This document shows, one piece after another, positions 56,772 to 64,000 of a stretch of DNA of 64,000 bases. Below the pieces are notes generated by a model, which was not told the DNA's origin, did not search any database, and worked only from the letters and a program-made list of their open reading frames with translations. Position 1 is the stretch's first letter. Each line of letters opens with the position of its first letter. The position numbers and the translations under genes are program-made. Source of the DNA: Prevotella sp. (GTDB taxonomy: Bacteria > Bacteroidota > Bacteroidia > Bacteroidales > Dysgonomonadaceae); contig JAITVV010000007.1 of assembly GCA_031285625.1 (NCBI GenBank), forward strand, positions 32,001 through 96,000, in the 5' to 3' direction.

Positions 56772-58916
56772 TTATCTTTTAAATAATTTATCTATATCCA
56801 GTGAAATACCGGCCGAAAATGTTGTTCCCGTTGTATAAGGTGAATTACTATAGTAATATGACGGTACATAATTAAAGAGGTTATCTACTGCCAGTGTCAC
56901 ATTTATTCCTTTCCAGATATTCTGCAAAAGGCTGAGTTTCCAAATCATATATCCCGGATAGGTAACTTTCTCGGTTTCCTCATATGATGTCAGGGAAGTA
57001 TATTCATTCGTCGTCACTTTAGATAGGAAGCGCCCGTTTAACGAAAGATTAAAACCATAGTTTTTCCAGTCTTTACCATATTCAATACGGGCTGTAGCCG
57101 CATGAGGACGTGTCTGGGACATCAAAGGTTGCCCCTTTTTTATATGTTCGTAGGTATATGTATAAGACAAGCGGGCACCAATGCCACATGGATATTTAAC
57201 TGAAGCATTCGCATCTATACCGGTAATATCTATTTTATCAATATTGGTATATAACATTCCTTTCAACTCCTGACTCCATGCAGTTGTAATGCGATTATCC
57301 ACCAGATTATAATAGCCTGTCAGGGAAAAATTATAATAGTTATTAGTATATTCAGTAGAAACAGAAAAATTGTGGCTTGTTTCAGATTTCAGGTCAGGAT
57401 TACCATAAATCATAAACACACTTGCCATATCGAAAACCATATACATTTCTTTGAGAGTCGGGGCACGGAAACCAGCAGAATACGACCCACGCAAAGAACA
57501 GTTGCCTACTTTGTACATTAACCCTAGCTTAGGTGAAATGCGACTGATATCATTCTCTGAAAAATAATCGTAACGCAATCCGGTGATTACATTAAACCTG
57601 TCGACAGGAGTCCAGTCAAACTGAGCAAAAACATCTGCCACATACTGCCGGTAGCTCCCATTATCTTTGAACTGATAACTCATCAGATAATCACGCATAT
57701 AATCCCCTCCTACTGTCAGGGTATTTTTCTGATCGAACGAATAATTATATAATCCTCTTATACTATGTTGTACATTACTATAATCGCGCACATCATTCTC
57801 CGTACTCATAAGATATTCACTCTTATCGTATTGGTCGAATGAATAAGCCAATTCCATATTACTTTTTTCGTTAAAAGCATAATCGCCTTTCAAACCTCCG
57901 CTAAAGCCCCGGTAACGGTCTTTACTGGTTACTTGCGAATCTCTTTCCCTAAAGAAATAACCTGCACGTCCGGTAAGTTTAAGCTGATCATTCACATTAT
58001 ATTGCAGACGCTCCTTGATATTCCATGTGCGATTACCAAACAACTGGGAATAGGCGCCTTCATTTTTCATTTTGTATCCGTCCTCAGAAGTATGTTGTAC
58101 ATTGGTTATACTATTGAAGCGTCCTGTATTGAAGCTTACACTTCCTCCATGCCGTTGCTCATTATGTGCAGCAAACCGGCTATTAATATTCGCAGTCCAT
58201 GGCTCAGTTGCCGTTTTACTAATAATATTCACAACACCACCAACAGCATTCGACCCATAAAGAGATGATGCTGCACCTTTTACGATCTCTATACGCTCTA
58301 CATTATCAAGATTGAGCCTGCTATAATCTATATTATCCAGTGTTTCTCCGGCAACACGTTCTCCATCGACAAGGAAGAGAACAGAATTTCCACCAAAACC
58401 TTGCATATTAAGCGATACCTGCTGATTCATGGAATAAGAAAATTCAACTCCCGGAAGTTCCGATTGTAGTAAGTCACCAATATGTGTGGCATCGACTTTT
58501 TTTATCTCATTTTCAGTAATCACCTTTGTTATGATAGGTGAATTTTTCAATAGTTTAGGTGTACGTGTTGCGGTTATTACTACCGTACCTAAATCCACTT
58601 CTTTTTCCTTCAGGTAGAAATCTGCTGTTTCCGACTGATGTGGTCTCAACTTTCTATCTTGTTGTATATATCCTATGAGAGAAACCTGCAAGGTATATTC
58701 TTTATTATCGTCCGGTAAAGAAAGTGTATATTGTCCTTTAGAGTCGGTTGAGGTTGCTATACCATTTCGTTCTTTCAACCAAACAGCGACCCCTGCAAAT
58801 GTTTCATTATTATTATCGTAAACTGTTCCGGAAACAATCCGTTGAGAAAAGGCCGGGGCAGCTATAAAACAACAAAATATCAGGCATACTGTTGCTCGTA
58901 ATTTTCGCTTATCCAT
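56772..58916 (-). CDS. hmuR: TonB-dependent heme receptor with N-terminal carboxypeptidase-regulatory-like domain (HmuR)
   Basis: VVITATRT TonB box, ERIEIVKGAASSLYGSNAVGGV plug, GFRAP and GNPDL motifs. Confidence 0.88.
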   Translation of the reverse strand: MDKRKLRATVCLIFCCFIAAPAFSQRIVSGTVYDNNNETFAGVAVWLKERNGIATSTDSKGQYTLSLPDDNKEYTLQVSLIGYIQQDRKLRPHQSETADFYLKEKEVDLGTVVITATRTPKLLKNSPIITKVITENEIKKVDATHIGDLLQSELPGVEFSYSMNQQVSLNMQGFGGNSVLFLVDGERVAGETLDNIDYSRLNLDNVERIEIVKGAASSLYGSNAVGGVVNIISKTATEPWTANINSRFAAHNEQRHGGSVSFNTGRFNSITNVQHTSEDGYKMKNEGAYSQLFGNRTWNIKERLQYNVNDQLKLTGRAGYFFRERDSQVTSKDRYRGFSGGLKGDYAFNEKSNMELAYSFDQYDKSEYLMSTENDVRDYSNVQHSIRGLYNYSFDQKNTLTVGGDYMRDYLMSYQFKDNGSYRQYVADVFAQFDWTPVDRFNVITGLRYDYFSENDISRISPKLGLMYKVGNCSLRGSYSAGFRAPTLKEMYMVFDMASVFMIYGNPDLKSETSHNFSVSTEYTNNYYNFSLTGYYNLVDNRITTAWSQELKGMLYTNIDKIDITGIDANASVKYPCGIGARLSYTYTYEHIKKGQPLMSQTRPHAATARIEYGKDWKNYGFNLSLNGRFLSKVTTNEYTSLTSYEETEKVTYPGYMIWKLSLLQNIWKGINVTLAVDNLFNYVPSYYYSNSPYTTGTTFSAGISLDIDKLFKR

Positions 58917-58921
58917 GTCTG

Positions 58922-59584
58922 TTAGAATTCAAGTGGATATATGTATTCGATAGTCATAAAGCCTTTCACCCCGGATGCATCCATAAAGTTTTTGAGGCGT
59001 ACTGCTGCTACAGTATTATCTTTCAACTTTACTACATATACTTTATTAGACGGATTATAATTGGGAGGCATACTACTGGTATCTACGAATAGCCATTTAG
59101 AAAGTTCCGTGTTATAGAAAGATTCAGTATATTTCAGTTCTCCTTCCATCATACCCGACATATCAATAACGATTTTCTTGGTAGTCCATTCATCTTTGAT
59201 GTAAGTTCCTCCGGGAATTTCCCCACTGGCCCTGAGTGTTGACAATCCGGTAAATCCTGTTTCAATTACAGATGCTCCATTTGTTTTTACATCATATCGG
59301 TGAATAGCAATATCCCATTCTGCAGGCTCAGTCATACCTTCTGTAATTTCCAGAGAATCTATGGTAAGGGTATGAAAATCTATATAAGTCCATTTAGTAT
59401 AACTTGTAGCATCAATGTAAATCGTGCCGGATTTATTTTCCTTATCTATCTCTATAAATCCAAAATCTGCCCTATCCTCAGCGGATGGTTCGTCATAGAT
59501 GTTATCCAATATGCCATTGCACGCCGGGAATGACATCAGAGTCATTCCCAGCATGATTATTTTAAAAAAGAAAGTGTATTTCAT
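58922..59584 (-). CDS. hmuY: HmuY-family heme-binding lipoprotein
   Basis: IDATSYTKWTYIDF, WDIAIHRYDVKTNG and MPPNY motifs. Met-pair ligand type is likely (MSGMM). Confidence 0.9.
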   Translation of the reverse strand: MKYTFFFKIIMLGMTLMSFPACNGILDNIYDEPSAEDRADFGFIEIDKENKSGTIYIDATSYTKWTYIDFHTLTIDSLEITEGMTEPAEWDIAIHRYDVKTNGASVIETGFTGLSTLRASGEIPGGTYIKDEWTTKKIVIDMSGMMEGELKYTESFYNTELSKWLFVDTSSMPPNYNPSNKVYVVKLKDNTVAAVRLKNFMDASGVKGFMTIEYIYPLEF

Positions 59585-60411
59585 TCTTCTTTGCTAGTAA
59601 AAACAGCAGTAATGTCCATTGGCATAGCGCCCGGTTTCATAGTAAATGTTATATTGGCTTTACCTTCTTTTATTGTTCCTTCCAGGCTACCGGTAACCTT
59701 TGTAGTACCACTGGTCGTATCTATTGTACCAGTCAACGTGTAAGAACCATCCGTCTCTGCAACAACTTCTACATCAGCTATTGTCATATCCTGGAAAGCC
59801 ATTGCCCCTTCTCCAAATCCAGCCAATAATACCTCTGCTTTTTCGTTCTCCTGACTCTTGATTGTAACTTTGCTATTATATGTTCCTTGCCCGGAGCCTG
59901 CAACAGATAGTGCCAAATTACCTTCGTACACACTGGCAATAACCATATTGGCAGGGGCATCACCTAATATAAATGATACTTTAAGCCCACCCATCACAGA
60001 AGGTACATTAAATACAATAGAAACTGTTTTCTTATCTTTACTTATAGTTCCCTCTACTGTACAATCATACTCTTTCTGAGATGCAGCATCCATACCCATT
60101 ACAGTCTTTCCACTACCTGTTACTGTGTAAGTATCGTTTTTTAATGATACAATTGCATCGGATATAGTGAATTTACCCCATGTGGTTGAAGAGAATGAAA
60201 CTGTACTTTTTCCATTTTCGTTTGCTACTATAGATACAGTCTCATCCGGTGTGGTCATTGGTATAGCTGTATACTTAAACTCTGCAACAGTATAACCGTT
60301 ATATGTATCTGCTACATCTTGGTCGGGAGTAGTAGTTGGATCATCATCACTGCTACATGCTGCCATAAATAATACGGCAGCCATCATAATTAAACTAAAC
60401 TTTAATTTCAT
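59581..60411 (-). CDS. Two-domain beta-rich (calycin-like) lipoprotein, first gene of the hmu operon
   Basis: Lipobox MAAC-SSDDD and two similar beta domains (Y-x-G...YT-x-TG...EGTI). ATGA overlap with hmuY. Confidence 0.75.
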   Translation of the reverse strand: MKLKFSLIMMAAVLFMAACSSDDDPTTTPDQDVADTYNGYTVAEFKYTAIPMTTPDETVSIVANENGKSTVSFSSTTWGKFTISDAIVSLKNDTYTVTGSGKTVMGMDAASQKEYDCTVEGTISKDKKTVSIVFNVPSVMGGLKVSFILGDAPANMVIASVYEGNLALSVAGSGQGTYNSKVTIKSQENEKAEVLLAGFGEGAMAFQDMTIADVEVVAETDGSYTLTGTIDTTSGTTKVTGSLEGTIKEGKANITFTMKPGAMPMDITAVFTSKEE

Positions 60412-60633
60412 GTTAGAATTATTTTTAAAATGTGAATATTGTGTGTATTAAAATAAATTCAAAAGAGTTTTTAATATTGATTTTCAAAAAATAAAGCAAA
60501 GCTCCGCCATACGACAATTTATCACTATCGTTAATTATTTTATTTACAACATATTGCTAATGTGGGCCTTTTATATTTTTCTCATTCAAGGAATAGCGAT
60601 TTAAAAGTTCTATATATATTAGTTTCAATGATA

Positions 60634-60641
60634 CAAAAGTA
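60634..60641 (-). promoter_or_regulatory. Candidate -7 promoter of the hmu operon
   Basis: TACTTTTG on the - strand about 220 nt upstream of ATG 60411. Confidence 0.45.
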
Positions 60642-60795
60642 TGGTGAACGTATATGATGTACAATCCCTAAAAATGATGAAATAAAATATTAGTGATACC
60701 TACATCTTGTTATAGATGAAATCTTTCATCAATCTATATAATCTATTTCTAAAAATCCGATAAACAGCTAATATATACCACTATAATAAAAAAAG

Positions 60796-60825
60796 AAAAG
60801 GAGTCTCCTAAAGAAGACTCCTTTT
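60796..60825. terminator. Intrinsic terminator after the efflux operon
   Basis: AAAAGGAGTCT / AGACTCCTTTT inverted repeat with an A-run giving a U-tail on the - strand. Confidence 0.75.
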
Positions 60826-60855
60826 TACTAAATCTGCGAATAACAACCAAATAAA

Positions 60856-62265
60856 TTATTCTATGCCCCCACCCAGGGCTTTATACAGATTCACAGTATA
60901 TTGTAATTGTTCGAGTTTGTCACTTACCTGATTCAGCAAGGCTGATAATAAGTTCTGTTCAGCCGTTAAAACTTCGGTATAATTTGCATCCCCGGCTTTC
61001 AATAATTCCTGAGTAAAGTAAACCGAGTTTTTACAAGATTGTACTTGCTCTTCCCTGATTCCATTCTTTTTCAAAGAAGACTCAAAAGAGAACAATATAT
61101 CTGTTACTTCCTGTCCGGCTGTTAACACAGTTTGTTCAAATCCCAATAAAGCTTCCTGTTGTTGCGCCTTGGCTATTTTCAGATTTCCCGTCAGTTGTTT
61201 CTTTGCAAAAATTGGTTGCGTTAGTCCTCCTATAATACTTGCAAAAATATTTTCCGGCTTAAAGAAATTAGATAAAGTATTGGTCGTTCCATATCCTATC
61301 GAACCGGAACTAAGAGTTATCGACGGATAAAAACTTGCCTGAGCTGCGTTCGTCAACTCAAATGCCGAACGGAATGTTAGTTCTGCTTGCTGCACATCGG
61401 GCCGCTTTGCCAACATTTGAGCAGGTACGCCATAATCCAGTTGGTCAGGATACTTTTGATCGTATATTGTAGAACGGCTTATCGTTTCAGCTTTTTGTCC
61501 TAACAGTGTACATATAGAATTTTCCAGTTGTCTGATCTGACTTTCCAAATCGGGAATACTAGCCTGTGTACTGTACAATAATGATTTACTTTGTTCTACT
61601 GCCGCACCATTTTGTAATCCTGCATTTTTCAAGTCTTCCATTGTTCTTACATTCTCTTCCAGCAGCTTTACCGTTTCTATTGTTATAACCAGTTTTTCAT
61701 CCAGTGCCAGTAATGAATAGTACGATGTAGCTATATTAGCAACTAAAGATGTCTGTATTAGGTTCTTGTATGCATAGCTATTTAAAAACTGGGCATACTT
61801 TGATTTTGACTGCCTGTTCAGTTTTCCCCATATATCCAATTCCCAGCTGGCAGAGATGCCCAAAGAATAGTTTGTAGAATGATAGCCTAGCACATCTTTA
61901 CCTCTCTGACCATCACTGCTTCGTGAATGATTCACCTGTCCTACAAGCGATACATCCGGAAAATAAGCTGCCTTTGCCATACCCAAACTGGCTTCAGCCT
62001 GCTGAATACGGGTATATGCTATCTGCAAATCATAATTTTTCTCTATTCCTTTATCTATCAGAGAAATCAGATAAGGGTCAGTAAAATATTCTTTCCACGG
62101 GATATTAGCTATAGTAGTCGTATCAGTACTATTATTATCTCTAAACAACTTTTCTGTACTCACTTCAGGTGTTTCATACCGGTTCATCACCTGACAGGAT
62201 GGAAATCCTATCAGGGCTATGAGCCCCAATAGAATAATTCCTTTTTTATATTTGTTCATAATCAT
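60856..62265 (-). CDS. NodT/TolC family efflux outer membrane lipoprotein
   Basis: Lipobox FPSC, SWELDIWGK, KRPDV and LYKALGGG motifs. Confidence 0.92.
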   Translation of the reverse strand: MIMNKYKKGIILLGLIALIGFPSCQVMNRYETPEVSTEKLFRDNNSTDTTTIANIPWKEYFTDPYLISLIDKGIEKNYDLQIAYTRIQQAEASLGMAKAAYFPDVSLVGQVNHSRSSDGQRGKDVLGYHSTNYSLGISASWELDIWGKLNRQSKSKYAQFLNSYAYKNLIQTSLVANIATSYYSLLALDEKLVITIETVKLLEENVRTMEDLKNAGLQNGAAVEQSKSLLYSTQASIPDLESQIRQLENSICTLLGQKAETISRSTIYDQKYPDQLDYGVPAQMLAKRPDVQQAELTFRSAFELTNAAQASFYPSITLSSGSIGYGTTNTLSNFFKPENIFASIIGGLTQPIFAKKQLTGNLKIAKAQQQEALLGFEQTVLTAGQEVTDILFSFESSLKKNGIREEQVQSCKNSVYFTQELLKAGDANYTEVLTAEQNLLSALLNQVSDKLEQLQYTVNLYKALGGGIE

Positions 62266-63998
62266 TTCTTATTTTGTTGTGCTATAAATTCATCATTAGA
62301 ATTAATCATACCCGATTTACTAAACTTGTCTTGTATAGACTGGAATATGATATAGAGAGAAGGAATTACCAATACCCCGATAAGTGTACCAATAAGCATA
62401 CCTCCGATTGCACTGATACCTATCGAACGGTTACCGATTGCTCCCGCCCCGGTGGAAATAGCCAATGGCAATAATCCGAATATGAAGGCAAAGGATGTCA
62501 TCAGGATAGGACGGAAACGGGCTACTGCTCCATTTACAGCTGCATCAATAATACTCATTCCCTGTTGCCGGCGTTGTATAGCATATTCTACAATCAGAAT
62601 AGCATTTTTGGCTAACAATCCGATAAGCATAATCAGCGATATCTGTACATAAATATTATTAGTAATACCCTGACTCAAACCAAATGCTGAAAGGAATATA
62701 AATACTCCTGCAAGCCCTACAGGTAATGAGAAAATAACGGCCAACGGTAAGATATAGCTCTCATACAGAGCTGCCAACAGCAAGTAGACGAATATCAGAC
62801 ACAACCCGAATATAAGTACTGTCTGACTGCTGCTTTCGGCCTCTTCACGTGTCATACCTGAAAATTCATAACTATATCCTGATGGCAATGCTTGCCCTTT
62901 TACTTCCTCTATAGCTTTGATTACATCACCTGAACTGAATCCACCCTGATAATTAGGTATAATGGTCAGTTCCATAGATGAATAGAGGTTGAAACGTGTA
63001 CGGGTTTCTGGTCCGGTAACATCAGTTATAGTAAGGAACTCTGTTACAGGAGCCATTTCTCCACTCGCAGTTTTTACAAATAACCCGTCCAAATCTTCCA
63101 ATTTCGAGCGGTATTCAGGTGCAGCCTGTACCATTACCCTGAATTGTTTCCCATACAAGTTGAAATTTGATATATACTGACTGCCTATATATGCCTGTAG
63201 GGCTCCCATAACATCACTGAGTGTTATACCGGCATCTTTAATTTTAGGCATATTTGCTTCCAGCTGTTTTTGAGGGAAATTGGGATTAAACGTTGTCATA
63301 GCCATCATCACCTCTTCCCGCTGATTCATCCTTGCCAGGAAGTCATTTGTAACGTCATAGAACTTATAAATGTCGCCACCTGTACGGTCTTGCAGATTTA
63401 CTGATACCCCGTTACTCAAACCAAATCCCATAATAGTAGGCGTACCGAAGAACATAAAGGTAGCATTATTAATAGATTTTGTTTTCTCAGTCATAATAGC
63501 AGCTATTTCATTTGCTGTGATTTTTCGTTCGTCCCAATGATCCATCTTGATGATAACAGACCCATATGAACTACCCATCCCACTCATAAAACTAACTCCA
63601 CTAAGGCTACCTATATTCTTCACTTCAGGGATTTCGTTTGCCATTTCGTTGATTACCTGTACTATCGAGTCAGTTCTTTCCAGAGATGAACCGGGAGGCA
63701 GTGTTATCATACCCATTACTCCACCACTATCTTCCTGTGGAACAAATCCGGTAGGTAATACCTTCATTAAACCAAAGAGTATAATAGAGCTTACCAGTAT
63801 AATACCAACAGTTATCCAACGATGCCCTTTTTTGCCTAAGAAAATAAGAGATTTCTTATATTTTGAAGTTGTCGCATTAAAACCTATATTGAAGAAATAA
63901 TAAAATCTCCTGATAAAACTCTTCTTCTCATGGCTTTCATCATGTGGTTTCAGGAAAAGAGCGCACAATGCAGGGCTCAGTGTCAATGCATTTACAGC
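62262..63998 (-). CDS. HAE1 (AcrB-like) RND multidrug efflux permease (5'-truncated by the window edge)
   Basis: ALTLSPALCA, LAALYES, IGLLAKNAILIVE and RFRPILMTS motifs. Confidence 0.92.
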   Translation of the reverse strand, partial: AVNALTLSPALCALFLKPHDESHEKKSFIRRFYYFFNIGFNATTSKYKKSLIFLGKKGHRWITVGIILVSSIILFGLMKVLPTGFVPQEDSGGVMGMITLPPGSSLERTDSIVQVINEMANEIPEVKNIGSLSGVSFMSGMGSSYGSVIIKMDHWDERKITANEIAAIMTEKTKSINNATFMFFGTPTIMGFGLSNGVSVNLQDRTGGDIYKFYDVTNDFLARMNQREEVMMAMTTFNPNFPQKQLEANMPKIKDAGITLSDVMGALQAYIGSQYISNFNLYGKQFRVMVQAAPEYRSKLEDLDGLFVKTASGEMAPVTEFLTITDVTGPETRTRFNLYSSMELTIIPNYQGGFSSGDVIKAIEEVKGQALPSGYSYEFSGMTREEAESSSQTVLIFGLCLIFVYLLLAALYESYILPLAVIFSLPVGLAGVFIFLSAFGLSQGITNNIYVQISLIMLIGLLAKNAILIVEYAIQRRQQGMSIIDAAVNGAVARFRPILMTSFAFIFGLLPLAISTGAGAIGNRSIGISAIGGMLIGTLIGVLVIPSLYIIFQSIQDKFSKSGMINSNDEFIAQQNKK

Positions 63999-64000
63999 CG

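Overview
Bacteroidota chromosome segment, Dysgonomonas/Parabacteroides-like by gene content, TAnnTTTG promoters and lipoprotein signals (inference). It has five blocks. (1) 1-25.5 kb: a metal-homeostasis region with mgtA-mgtC and three CzcCBA-type RND efflux systems. Each system has its own OmpR-family two-component pair and an 11-bp-periodic operator. The first czcA is frameshifted in an A8 run, and an integrase att-like junction lies at about 9.85-10.15 kb. (2) 25.6-46.5 kb: an AT-rich island combining a type V (Mfa/Fim) pilus operon with many general-stress genes. One pilin carries four C-x4-H-x-H-x3-C repeats. The stress genes include GlsB/YeaQ, LEA-like, BON, BON-LysM, META, DUF937-OmpA, an SDR and an alpha-amylase. 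Four transcription units share an ECF-sigma-like promoter RAACAA-N15-YGTT, with a weaker fifth copy. This is the best candidate for an undescribed system. (3) 46.9-50.4 kb: a VOC-WYL(YafY)-GyrI operon with a TGACA-N6-TGTCA operator, followed by small genes and a doubly frameshifted flavodoxin-like pseudogene. (4) 50.5-60.4 kb: a hmuYRSTUV heme-uptake operon with an extra Met-rich lipoprotein in front and two palindromic insertions between hmuS and hmuT. (5) The 3' part of an HAE1 RND multidrug efflux operon. No rRNA, intact tRNA, CRISPR array, integrase or transposase was seen. Family assignments come from motif recognition, not database searches.
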